Origin: Candidatus Omnitrophota bacterium
Lineage (GTDB): Bacteria > Omnitrophota > Gorgyraeia > Zapsychrales > Fredricksoniimonadaceae
DNA length: 64,000 nucleotides
Direction of reading: 5' to 3'
Assembly (NCBI GenBank): GCA_903860135.1
Contig: CAIOPG010000002.1
Coordinates: 1,192 to 65,191, forward strand
Under the pieces are notes generated by a model. The model saw only the letters and a list, made by a program, of their open reading frames with translations, did not search any database and was not told where the DNA came from. Shown here in pieces: positions 9,392 through 19,709 of this stretch; within the stretch, counting starts at the first letter, position 1; every line of letters begins with the position of its first letter. Position numbers and translations under genes: made by a program.

Positions 9392-10192
9392 TCACAACCC
9401 CCGGCTCCGGCGCAGTTCGTCGTCGGGAACGATCAGGACATTGGGCTTGCCTGAAATAGGGTTTTTGTTCACCACCACGATCGTTTTATAAACTTCTTCG
9501 ATAACCTGGTAATTGATGACTTCTTCGGGGGTTCCCGCTGTAAAAATACGCCCGCTTGACATCAGCGCCATGCGGCTGCAATATTCACTGGCCAGATTAA
9601 GGTCGTGCAAGACCATGACCACCGTCAAATTCATTTCTCTGACAAGCTTCCTTAAAAGATCCATGATCACCACTTGGTGCGTGATATCGAGGTGCGCTGT
9701 TGGTTCATCGAGCAACAAGAGGCGCGGTTCCTGGGCGAGTGCGCGGGCGATCCCGGCCAGCTGACGTTCGCCGCCGCTCAGCTGATTCATCGGCTTGTCG
9801 CGCAAACGCAGTGAATCCGTCAACGCCATGCTCTTTAAGGCCACCGCGCTATCCTGCGCTGACTCCACAAACTGCATATCTTTAAAATACGGCAACCGGC
9901 CTAAAAGGACGAACTCCTCGACCGTCAGATCAACCACCGGAAGGACCTGTGCCACCACCGTGACCTGACGCGCCAGATCACGCCCGGGGATAGCCGCAAG
10001 CCTCTGCCCGTCAAGGATGATCTCCCCAGCCATAGGCCTGATCGCCCGTGACACGGCGCGCAGCAACGTGGTCTTGCCTGAACCATTAGGACCGATAAGC
10101 CCGAAGAATTCACCGCGCTGAACATCAAGATCAACGCCGGAAATAATGGTTTTCTTCCCATAACCACAGGCAAGCCCGGTGACCTTAAGCAT
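9392..10192 (-). CDS. btuD: Cobalamin/iron-chelate ABC transporter ATPase
   Basis: GPNGSGKT, LSGGERQ, LLLDEPTAHLD, VLHDLNLA. Confidence 0.8.
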   Translation of the reverse strand: MLKVTGLACGYGKKTIISGVDLDVQRGEFFGLIGPNGSGKTTLLRAVSRAIRPMAGEIILDGQRLAAIPGRDLARQVTVVAQVLPVVDLTVEEFVLLGRLPYFKDMQFVESAQDSAVALKSMALTDSLRLRDKPMNQLSGGERQLAGIARALAQEPRLLLLDEPTAHLDITHQVVIMDLLRKLVREMNLTVVMVLHDLNLASEYCSRMALMSSGRIFTAGTPEEVINYQVIEEVYKTIVVVNKNPISGKPNVLIVPDDELRRSRGL

Positions 10193-11189
10193 GTTCAGCG
10201 CCTCCTTTTTTAGCAAGCGCATAAATAAAAATACTCCCGCCCACGATCCCGGTGATCACACCGACAGGCAGTTCCAGCGGCGCGATGACGACGCGTGCCA
10301 GGGTATCGCTGGCAACCAGAAAGATCGCCCCTCCCAAGAAAGACGCCCCCAGCAATATCCGGTGATCCGTGCCGACGAGCCGCCGCATCACATGCGGCAC
10401 CACAAGTCCCACGAACCCGATCATCCCGGCCATGGACACGCAAATCCCGGTCAGGATAGCGCAAAATATAAAAAGGATCTTTTTCACCTGTTCAACAGGG
10501 ATCCCCAAATGGCGCGCCTCTTCTTCGCCGAGCGCGAGCGCATTCAGCGGCAGGCAGAACGCATAGCCCGTCGCCAATGCCGCAAAGGCAAGGCCAAGCA
10601 TGAAGTTAATAAATGAAATATCCGCCCCGCCCAATGACCCCATCATCCAGAACACAATGCCGTGCAGGCTTTCACTGCTGGCGATCGACATCAGCAGCAT
10701 GACCAAGGACGATGCGATAAAACTGATCATGACCCCATTCAACAAAAGCCCCTGCAGTTTGACAGGCCCGGTCCTAAGACTCGAGAAATAAAGGAACACG
10801 ATGACCGCCCCTGCGCCGAGCAACCCCGACACCGGCAAGGTATATGCCCCAACAGCGGAAATGCCCAGGGCAATATTGGCCGCCACCCCCAGCGCCGCCC
10901 CGCCGGAAATACCCAGCGTATATGGCTCAACCAGGGGATTACGGAAAAGTCCCTGCAGGATCACCCCTGCCAGGCTCAGACAACCGCCAATGGCAAGTCC
11001 CATCAGAATACGCGGCAGGCGGATATCACAAATGATGCTGTGCTCCACCGGGCTCCCACCCTGGAGCAGGATACCGATCACTTTCCCCGCCGGAATACCC
11101 GAAGCTCCAACGGACAATGACCACACGATCACCCCCGCCAAAAGCACGATCAAAAAGCCAAGCCAGGATGCCCAGTGTGTGTATTTCAT
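10185..11189 (-). CDS. btuC: FecCD/BtuC permease
   Basis: IRLPR, FRNPLVEPYTLGISGGA, IGFVGLVVPH motifs. Confidence 0.85.
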   Translation of the reverse strand: MKYTHWASWLGFLIVLLAGVIVWSLSVGASGIPAGKVIGILLQGGSPVEHSIICDIRLPRILMGLAIGGCLSLAGVILQGLFRNPLVEPYTLGISGGAALGVAANIALGISAVGAYTLPVSGLLGAGAVIVFLYFSSLRTGPVKLQGLLLNGVMISFIASSLVMLLMSIASSESLHGIVFWMMGSLGGADISFINFMLGLAFAALATGYAFCLPLNALALGEEEARHLGIPVEQVKKILFIFCAILTGICVSMAGMIGFVGLVVPHVMRRLVGTDHRILLGASFLGGAIFLVASDTLARVVIAPLELPVGVITGIVGGSIFIYALAKKGGAEHA

Positions 11190-12022
11190 GATTTAATCTC
11201 CGGATGTACATACCCCATGATCACCTTGAGCGTCTCCACAAAACTTACCGGCGTGGGACTGCACAGCAAATACTCATCCAGGATATTGATCCTCTTTTCC
11301 GTCACGACCTTAAGCGAGCTGAACCGTTCCCAGTTCACCTTCTCGCGCGCCCCGTCAAAACCCATGCTCGAGATCAGGATCACATCCGGAGCTTGCTTAA
11401 GCACCATCTCACGGGAATACTGCACATAGCCCTCTTCCGTCACAATATTCGCCCCACCCGCCATCGTAATAAGGTCGTTCACAAAAGCCCCCTGGCCGAT
11501 CGTAACCAGCGGATTCACCCCCACCTGCACAAACACACTCACCTTCTTCACCGCCTTCAGGCTCGATGTTAAAGCAACAACCTTTTGCCGGGAAGCCGCG
11601 ATGATCGCTTCCGCCTCTTTGTCCCTGCCAAGGATCTGCGCCACCATTTTGAACACTTCACACACCCCGTTAAAATCCCGGGCATTGGGCACATCCACCA
11701 CCTTGATCCCAAGGCTCCGCAATTTCTCTTTAGCCCGGGGATCCGTCAACACCGTCGACAGGACAAGATCCGGCTTTAACGCCACGACCTTTTCAATATT
11801 GATATCCTGGATACTGCCAACGCGCTCTTTCAACTTCGCCGCTTCCGGCCGCGTGCAATACGTCGTCACCCCCACCAGCCGGTCTTCCCCGCCAAGCAGA
11901 TAAATTTCCTCCGTCAACACCGGCCCCAAAGAAATGATCCTCTCCGCCAATTTCTCCTGCGCCTGCGTAAGCGGGTAAAAGAATAATGAAAAAATTAAAA
12001 CCAACGTCCAATTAAGCTTCAT
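11186..12022 (-). CDS. btuF: Periplasmic cobalamin/iron-chelate binding protein
   Basis: ERIISLGP..TE, LVGVTTYC, NIEKVVALKPDLV. Confidence 0.8.
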   Translation of the reverse strand: MKLNWTLVLIFSLFFYPLTQAQEKLAERIISLGPVLTEEIYLLGGEDRLVGVTTYCTRPEAAKLKERVGSIQDINIEKVVALKPDLVLSTVLTDPRAKEKLRSLGIKVVDVPNARDFNGVCEVFKMVAQILGRDKEAEAIIAASRQKVVALTSSLKAVKKVSVFVQVGVNPLVTIGQGAFVNDLITMAGGANIVTEEGYVQYSREMVLKQAPDVILISSMGFDGAREKVNWERFSSLKVVTEKRINILDEYLLCSPTPVSFVETLKVIMGYVHPEIKS

Positions 12023-12043
12023 TGAAAATAATCGTTTCTACTT

Positions 12044-12175
12044 TTAAGGATTGATCTGAACTTTAGTACCAATTGGCAATATGCCGTACAATTCTTCTAC
12101 ATCCTGATTATCCAATGCCACGCATCCCCATGTCCAATCTTTGCGTGAATCTTTGCGTGAACCTTTTCCATGAAT
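12044..12175 (-). pseudogene. C-terminal relic of a YkuD-family L,D-transpeptidase
   Basis: Manual translation IHGKGSRKDSRKDWTWGCVALDNQDVEELYGILPIGTKVQINP*; preceded by in-frame TGA, no start codon; contains a 12-bp tandem duplication. Confidence 0.75.
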
Positions 12176-12263
12176 TCATATCAAAATCCTTTTTTATGCA
12201 CATTCTTCATAAAACTTTTGACACTATCTTGCCAATCATGATTAGCCCTTTTTACCCAAAAGG

Positions 12264-13241
12264 CTAAACTTCACTGACAACATCAAATCCTTTGAAGCTT
12301 CCGGTAATCGCCAGGCCGATAAGCTCGCCGCGGCACAAGCCCTGAGTCTTGATCTTGCGGGCAGTTTCATTCAATGTTGACCCTGAACCGACAGCATCAT
12401 CGATCAAGAGGATGTTGTTATACACCTGCTTCTCGTTAACAATGATGGACGCTGCCGCATTCTCGATGCGATCATTCAGTTTATTCAATGTTTTCTGGGG
12501 AACAATAACCGGCGTCTTCACTTTCACAAATGAAATCTGTGGCTGACTGAGCCCCAGCCGGTGGTCGAGCTCCTTCATTAACTGCACTTCCCGCTTCACT
12601 GTCGGCGGAATAAAGCCAACAGCGTTGATATTGTACTCTTCGAGCAGGCGCTCTACCGAAGGCTTGATGGTATCTACCAGATCAAATATCTGGCGCCTGT
12701 CCTGCGACTGCTTGGCATAAAGGAGCCATTGGCCAAGCTTCGTCTTCCCGAACCGTTCAATCGCATAGAAATCCAGATAAAAAAGATGATCCAAATAAAC
12801 CTTGTTGAAGGTCGCCCTGAATTTTCGCATCCCGTCAATTAAACCGTCTTTCTTAAACGCCTCATATTTCTTGAGCGTAACGCTATACTCAGCCGCCGTC
12901 TTTAGCACATCCAGCGACTGCTTCTCACACCAATAACGAAACGCAGGAACCCCGCTCAAGGGATTCCCCGTCGGTGTAATAAGATAGAAATTATCCTCGA
13001 TCTTTTTCTGAATGGCAGAAGGAATTTCTACGCCCAAAGCCACGGCTTGCCTGTCGTCGATGGAATAAAACACCTTCGGCGGCTTTCCAATCTTCTTCAG
13101 TTTGTTTTGAAGGATGAGCCGAGCCAACTGTCGAAAGACAGCCTGCGGAGAAAGGCCAAGATAACCGCTCAACGCATGAGCCGTTACATTTCCTTTTTGC
13201 TGAACATACGCTACGATCTTATTAGCCGTATCTGTTTTCAT
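12264..13241 (-). CDS. Winged-HTH + type I phosphoribosyltransferase domain protein
   Basis: N-terminal HTH (LSGYLGLSPQAVFRQL); PRPP motif ILLIDDAVGSGSTL. Confidence 0.75.
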   Translation of the reverse strand: MKTDTANKIVAYVQQKGNVTAHALSGYLGLSPQAVFRQLARLILQNKLKKIGKPPKVFYSIDDRQAVALGVEIPSAIQKKIEDNFYLITPTGNPLSGVPAFRYWCEKQSLDVLKTAAEYSVTLKKYEAFKKDGLIDGMRKFRATFNKVYLDHLFYLDFYAIERFGKTKLGQWLLYAKQSQDRRQIFDLVDTIKPSVERLLEEYNINAVGFIPPTVKREVQLMKELDHRLGLSQPQISFVKVKTPVIVPQKTLNKLNDRIENAAASIIVNEKQVYNNILLIDDAVGSGSTLNETARKIKTQGLCRGELIGLAITGSFKGFDVVSEV

Positions 13242-13253
13242 CGTCAATAGTTT

Positions 13254-13272
13254 ATAGTTTATACTAAACTAT
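13254..13272. promoter_or_regulatory. Inverted repeat, probable autoregulatory operator
   Basis: atagttta-tac-taaactat just upstream of the wHTH-PRTase start. Confidence 0.45.
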
Positions 13273-13332
13273 ACCTCATGTGTCATAAGTATATCCAAAG
13301 ATCAGCAATAAGTCAATGCGGACAACCCGGCA

Positions 13333-14547
13333 TCAAAACACCTGGGAACAAGAGTCGCAGGGGGTGGCCTCGATCTTGCGACGTCTCTTCATCGCCAATT
13401 CACGCAATTTTAACAGGCGTCGCCCGGCTTCGCGCAGGGTTGCTTCTTTTTTGGCAAAGTGGAACCGTATGAGATGCCGGACATCTTCCTTGAAAAAACT
13501 CGACCCCGGCACCGCGGCGACCCCCACTGACTGCGCCATCCATTCACAGAATTCAACGTCGCTCTCGGCCTTAAATTCAGAGATGTCAACCATCACATAA
13601 TACGCCCCCCGGGGGTTGGTATATTTAAGCCCGGCGGCATCAAGCAGCCCGAGAAAAAGATCTTTCTTCGCCTGATAATGCGCCTGAAGTTCTTCATAAT
13701 ACTCATCCGGGAAAAGCAAGGCCGTCACAGCGGCTTCTTGCAGGGGCGCGGCCGCTCCCACTGTCAGAAAATCATGGACCTTGCGTGCGGCCTCAATGGC
13801 CTTGGCCGGGGCAATGATATACCCCAGGCGCCAGCCCGTGATCGAATAGGTCTTCGACAGGGAACTGCACATGAGCGTCCGCTCAAACATCCCGGGCAGG
13901 GTCGAAAAATAAACATGCTTGAACGGCGGGTACACAATATGCTCGTAAACCTCGTCGGTAATAACCCAGGCATCAAACTCTTCGGCCAGCGCCGCGATCT
14001 CGATCAATTCTTCCCGGCTGAAAACTTTGCCCGTCGGATTGCCCGGATTACACAGGATAAGCGCCTTCGGATGCTGTTCAAACGCCGCCCGTAAGACCTT
14101 CCTGTCAAAATTAAACTCCGGCGGCACCAGCGGCACATAGATCGGAATAGCCCCTGTCAGGATAGTGTCCGCCCCGTAATTTTCATAGAACGGTGAAAAA
14201 ACGATCACCTTGTCGCCGGGATTAGTCACGGACATCAGCGCCGCCATCATGGCTTCGGTACTGCCGCAGGTCACCACGATATTTGCCTGCGGATCGATCG
14301 TCATGCCGGTGAAACGGTGGTGCTTCAGCGCCAGTGCCTCACGGAAATTCGCCGCCCCCCAGGTGACCGCATATTGATGCGGCCCCTTGATCCCCGTTGC
14401 GCTCAAGGCCTCCTGCAATGCCTGCGGCGGATCAAAATCAGGAAACCCCTGCGACAAATTAACCGCGTCGAACTGATTGGCCACACGCGTCATCCGGCGG
14501 ATCATGGATTCATTGAAAATTTTGGTACGTTCACTGATATCAGGCAT
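13333..14547 (-). CDS. Class I/II PLP aminotransferase (YbdL/methionine aminotransferase-like)
   Basis: NLSQGFPDF, NPGNPTG, DEVYEH, SLSKTYSITGWRLG. Confidence 0.9.
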   Translation of the reverse strand: MPDISERTKIFNESMIRRMTRVANQFDAVNLSQGFPDFDPPQALQEALSATGIKGPHQYAVTWGAANFREALALKHHRFTGMTIDPQANIVVTCGSTEAMMAALMSVTNPGDKVIVFSPFYENYGADTILTGAIPIYVPLVPPEFNFDRKVLRAAFEQHPKALILCNPGNPTGKVFSREELIEIAALAEEFDAWVITDEVYEHIVYPPFKHVYFSTLPGMFERTLMCSSLSKTYSITGWRLGYIIAPAKAIEAARKVHDFLTVGAAAPLQEAAVTALLFPDEYYEELQAHYQAKKDLFLGLLDAAGLKYTNPRGAYYVMVDISEFKAESDVEFCEWMAQSVGVAAVPGSSFFKEDVRHLIRFHFAKKEATLREAGRRLLKLRELAMKRRRKIEATPCDSCSQVF

Positions 14548-14604
14548 GACGTTGTCCTCTCATCGCTTATCCCTAACAGCACGGCGGATGTTCCCGATTA
14601 CTGA

Positions 14605-15603
14605 TCAAACCCTGTACCGCCCCAGTTCCTCTTCGCGCATCGGCGTGGCCTTCAGCGTTTCAACGACGCCCTCTTCGGGCAATGTGTGAAGGATGTCGGC
14701 GGCGGTGCGGCCGTTGAGGTCCGCGTAACGGCATAGGGCCCTGATGGACAGCGCGATCTGCTCCGGCGTGAATACGCCACGGCCCAGCGCCACAGGACCG
14801 GCAACGTCAATGGTCTTAAATAAATGATCCCCGGGCTTTGCCAGGCGCAGGAGCGTGTTGTTCTGTAATTCATCGCGCCCGATCACAAGTTTGGCCGAAG
14901 GAGCCAGACGGAAATGTCGCCCTGTTTTAAGGAGCTGCATGTTGGGCATATCCACAGGGCCATGCGCCAGCAAGTCTTTCACACGACGGGAAAAACCTTC
15001 ATCTGTCAGCAGGCACCCGCCAGCGGCACAAGGATAATCGTTCAGGCCAAGCTCTTTGGCAAGGGCGATCTGTGGTTTGCGCGAACGGCCTGAGATCGCC
15101 AGCATGTGATCGCGCTTGACCCAACCCTGCTCTTCGGGGATGCTCGGCGGCAACAGCTTCGCCGACAAAGGCCGAAGCACCAATCCTTCCAGCCCGGCCT
15201 CTTTTTCGATCAGGGCGATCTGGCGCTTCAACTGGCTCATCGGGCGCTGACCAACCACTTCGCCGGTAATGATGAACCCTGCCCCGATCTCGAGCATGAT
15301 CTCTTTGGCCTTCTTGAAAAACAGGATACGGCAATCCTGGCACGGGTTCATATGAGAACCATACCCATGCTTGGGCGCCTTGAGCATCGCCAGAAAATCA
15401 TCACCGGCATTGATGCTACGGCACGGCATCCCCAGCTTGGCCGCCACCGTCTGGGCCGTATGCGCGCACCCATTGATATGCTTGTCGCACTGGCAAAACG
15501 GCGTCTTGTAATTAACCGCCAGCACATCCAGCCCCTCTTTGACCATCAACTCAGCGACCAACGTGCTATCGAGCCCGCCGGAAAGTAACAATACTGCCTT
15601 CAT
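14605..15603 (-). CDS. ThiI/MnmA-like tRNA thiolation PP-loop protein (DUF814-type C-terminus)
   Basis: LSGGLDS PP-loop, NPCQDC, TGEVVGQRPMSQ, GGCLLT, GRHFR. Confidence 0.8.
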   Translation of the reverse strand: MKAVLLLSGGLDSTLVAELMVKEGLDVLAVNYKTPFCQCDKHINGCAHTAQTVAAKLGMPCRSINAGDDFLAMLKAPKHGYGSHMNPCQDCRILFFKKAKEIMLEIGAGFIITGEVVGQRPMSQLKRQIALIEKEAGLEGLVLRPLSAKLLPPSIPEEQGWVKRDHMLAISGRSRKPQIALAKELGLNDYPCAAGGCLLTDEGFSRRVKDLLAHGPVDMPNMQLLKTGRHFRLAPSAKLVIGRDELQNNTLLRLAKPGDHLFKTIDVAGPVALGRGVFTPEQIALSIRALCRYADLNGRTAADILHTLPEEGVVETLKATPMREEELGRYRV

Positions 15604-15717
15604 AGCCTATTCCTTTTCATTATCGACGAGGTTATGCCTGAAACCTGCGCTTGATAATAGGCGAAATCCAGGAAACCCACAATAACTTTCTTTCTGATCC
15701 GCAAGCATAATAATATC

Positions 15718-15758
15718 AAAAAAGACGGCGTTGATCCGATTTCTGGACCAACGCCGCA
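15718..15758 (-). terminator. Intrinsic terminator after cysK
   Basis: Minus strand cggcgttggtcc-agaaatc-ggatcaacgccg followed by U tract. Confidence 0.65.
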
Positions 15759-15809
15759 TTCAAACTAACACATTCAATCATGCCACGCAGGCATAGTCTT
15801 CAACACGCC

Positions 15810-16745
15810 TTACGCCTTGATCTCCTGGAAAAGCCAGGTTGACAGATAGCGCTCGCCGGTGTCCGGCAGGACCACAACGATCGTCTTCCCTTTGTTTTCA
15901 GGACGCTTAGCGACTTCGAGTGCGGCCCAGGCGGCAGCACCGCTGGAAATGCCGACGAGGATACCTTCCTGTACGGCAAGTTGGCGTGCGGTGGCACCGG
16001 CATCATCGGTCTTGACCTGGATGATCTCATCGACGATCCCGGCATTAAAGATCGCCGGCACAAAGCCCGCGCCAATGCCCTGGATCTTGTGGGGCCCTGG
16101 CTTCCCGCCGGACAACACCGGGGAATCAAGGGGCTCGACGGCAATGGCCTTGAAGCCAGGCTTGCGCTTCTTGAGGACCTCTGAAATACCCGTGATGGTG
16201 CCGCCGGTTCCAACACCCGCGACCAGAATATCCACCTTGCCGTCGGTATCATTCCAGATCTCTTCAGCCGTTGTCTCACGGTGGATCTGGGGATTAGCCG
16301 GATTGGCAAACTGCTGTAATAAAACCGCATTCGGCGTCGCTGCAGCCAATTCTTCAGCTCTGCGCACCGCCCCCTTCATGCCCTCAAGTCCGGGGGTCAA
16401 TACCAACTGCGCCCCGAAGATCCCCAACAGCTGACGACGCTCGATCGACATGGTCTCGGGCATGGTCAGGATCAGTTTATACCCCTTGGCCGCCGCCACG
16501 AACGCCAGCGCAATGCCCGTATTGCCACTCGTTGGCTCGACGATCACAGAATCCTTGTTCAAGACGCCGCGCTTCTCGGCATCCTCGATCATGGCCAACC
16601 CGATACGATCCTTGACGCTCGACAAAGGATTAAACGATTCTATCTTCGCCAAGACTTCAGCGCTCGCCCCTTCGGCAATGCGGTTCAGGCGGACCAGCGG
16701 TGTCCGGCCGATCGTTTTGGTAATATCACTAAAAATAGCACCCAT
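15810..16745 (-). CDS. cysK: Cysteine synthase A
   Basis: SVKDRIG PLP lysine, [32 protein letters not shown]. Confidence 0.96.
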   Translation of the reverse strand: MGAIFSDITKTIGRTPLVRLNRIAEGASAEVLAKIESFNPLSSVKDRIGLAMIEDAEKRGVLNKDSVIVEPTSGNTGIALAFVAAAKGYKLILTMPETMSIERRQLLGIFGAQLVLTPGLEGMKGAVRRAEELAAATPNAVLLQQFANPANPQIHRETTAEEIWNDTDGKVDILVAGVGTGGTITGISEVLKKRKPGFKAIAVEPLDSPVLSGGKPGPHKIQGIGAGFVPAIFNAGIVDEIIQVKTDDAGATARQLAVQEGILVGISSGAAAWAALEVAKRPENKGKTIVVVLPDTGERYLSTWLFQEIKA

Positions 16746-16782
16746 GTTGTTCTCCTTCCGATGATGTTATTGAAAATACCTG

Positions 16783-18096
<1,314 letters not shown>

Positions 18097-18143
18097 TTAG
18101 CTTTTTAATCCTACCATTATCCCACTTGCCCATAAAACATTCC

Positions 18144-18347
18144 CTAGATCCCGCCACCATCCTGGACTATCCACACCTCGTCAAAACGGCTCTTCTTAGA
18201 AATTTCCATCTGCACGATCCTGGCATTATGCACCGTGATCGTTACCGTTCCATAATTAAGCCCGTGGATCGAATCACTGATATCTTTGATGATCGCGTCA
18301 TTAACAATACTTTTGTTCACCGGCTGAGTCGCCATTTTATTCTCCAT
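18144..18347 (-). CDS. YezD/DUF2292 family small protein
   Basis: GLNYGTVTITVHNARIVQMEISKKSRF motif; sulfur-gene context. Confidence 0.8.
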   Translation of the reverse strand: MENKMATQPVNKSIVNDAIIKDISDSIHGLNYGTVTITVHNARIVQMEISKKSRFDEVWIVQDGGGI

Positions 18348-18362
18348 TGCCGTGTCGCCATC

Positions 18363-18421
18363 TAATTCCCACTAACCCTATCGGGATTATGGAAATATAC
18401 CATGCCATACGCTTTTGTCAA
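18363..18421 (-). promoter_or_regulatory. sigma70 promoter plus Rrf2 (CymR/IscR)-like operator of yezD-metY-cysK
   Basis: TTGACA (18421-18416), 16 nt, TATATT (18399-18394); palindrome taattcccactaaccctatcgggatta. Confidence 0.65.
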
Positions 18422-18429
18422 GGAAATTC

Positions 18430-18585
18430 TTACGCACCGCCAGCATCCCCCTCCGTATCTTTCACCTTCCTGGTATTCACCCGCGCCGGGCGTGACTTGT
18501 CGTGCACCTTGGCTTTGGGGTTGATCAACCATACCTTGCGGCACTTGCGCATCACTTCGCGAGACCTGCTAGTAGATGGTTTCAT
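18430..18585 (-). CDS. Small basic hypothetical protein (51 aa; absent from ORF track)
   Basis: ATGA overlap with rsmH stop, RBS AGAGG; MKPSTSRSREVMRKCRKVWLINPKAKVHDKSRPARVNTRKVKDTEGDAGGA. Confidence 0.5.
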   Translation of the reverse strand: MKPSTSRSREVMRKCRKVWLINPKAKVHDKSRPARVNTRKVKDTEGDAGGA

Positions 18586-19628
18586 AACGACCTCTGCGCC
18601 CAGCGCACGACCGCGCTCCTGGAACGCGGGTTATCGTGACGCTCCTGTGCCCCGGCCCGGATCGGTTCACGGCTGATGGCCGCATACACCCCTGACACAC
18701 ACCCGGCCTCCAACGCCTGCATCACGCGGTTATCTTCACCGGAATGAAATGTCAAAATAGCCGCCTTACCGCCGGGCTTAAGGCAGAACGGCAAATGCCT
18801 CAGGAATTGCTCGAGCACCTGAAATTCATCGTTAACAGCAATGCGCAGGGCCTGAAATGTCCTGCGGACCGAACGGGTATTTTCCTCTTCCGCAGCGTCA
18901 GTCGACGGCCGGGGCAATGCGCGCCGCACCGCCGCACACAGGGCTGTTGTGGTCAGGATCGGCTGGCGGCATTTAAACACCGCCTTGGCGATCCCCTTGG
19001 CCTGCGGCTCATCCGCATGGGCGATGAGGATTTGCTCGAAATCTTTTTCGGATAATGACTGAAGAAGGGCTGCTGCCGATTGCCCGCGCCCGGGATTCAG
19101 CCGCAGGTCCAGCGGGCCTTCATGCTTGAAAGTAAACCCGCGTGCCGGATCATCCAACTGCATCGACGACACCCCCAGGTCCGCGAGGATCAGGTCAAAC
19201 CCCTGCCCCGCCTCCGCCGCAAGCCTGGACACCCCGGCAAAATTCATGCACCGCGCCTTGAATACCTCTTCCCCATACCCCAGTGCCGTCAGGCGCGCCA
19301 CGGTACGTTTGATCTCGACAGGATCCGCATCGATCCCCCACAGGCAACCGCCGGGGATAATGCGTGCCAGGATCTCGCGGGCATGCCCGCCATAGCCCAG
19401 CGTCGCATCGAGCACCACCTGACCCGGCCGCGGATCAAGGATCGCCAGGATCTCCGCCACACACACCGAACGGTGCGTACCCGCCAGGGTTTTCCCGCCA
19501 AGGACGATCTTTGACGCCTCTTCCGCATAACGCGCCGCGTCATGCTCTTTGTATTTCTCGTCAAACCTGCGCGGATGCTTCCCCGCATACCGCGCCCGGC
19601 GCTGAGGCAAAAGAGGATCAACTGACAT
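18582..19628 (-). CDS. rsmH: 16S rRNA m4C1402 methyltransferase RsmH paralog with N-terminal extension
   Basis: DATLGYGGH, DLGVSSMQLD, FQALRIAVNDE, TFHSGED, NPRSRSA; not in a dcw cluster. Confidence 0.9.
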   Translation of the reverse strand: MSVDPLLPQRRARYAGKHPRRFDEKYKEHDAARYAEEASKIVLGGKTLAGTHRSVCVAEILAILDPRPGQVVLDATLGYGGHAREILARIIPGGCLWGIDADPVEIKRTVARLTALGYGEEVFKARCMNFAGVSRLAAEAGQGFDLILADLGVSSMQLDDPARGFTFKHEGPLDLRLNPGRGQSAAALLQSLSEKDFEQILIAHADEPQAKGIAKAVFKCRQPILTTTALCAAVRRALPRPSTDAAEEENTRSVRRTFQALRIAVNDEFQVLEQFLRHLPFCLKPGGKAAILTFHSGEDNRVMQALEAGCVSGVYAAISREPIRAGAQERHDNPRSRSAVVRWAQRSL

Positions 19629-19638
19629 TATTTCCTAT

Positions 19639-19662
19639 CCCCCGCTGTTTCCAGATAAAATA
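19639..19662 (+). repeat. Left copy of 24-bp direct repeat flanking the 1711-aa gene
   Basis: cccccgctgtttccagataaaata; 23/24 identical to 24826..24849. Confidence 0.85.
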
Positions 19663-19709
19663 ATTTACTCTGATTAGCATACCACTAATATATAGTTTAT
19701 ACTTCGAGC

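Noticed and set aside
12030-12260. Cobalamin riboswitch upstream of btuF
   Set aside because: No B12-box consensus seen; the region is an L,D-transpeptidase remnant.
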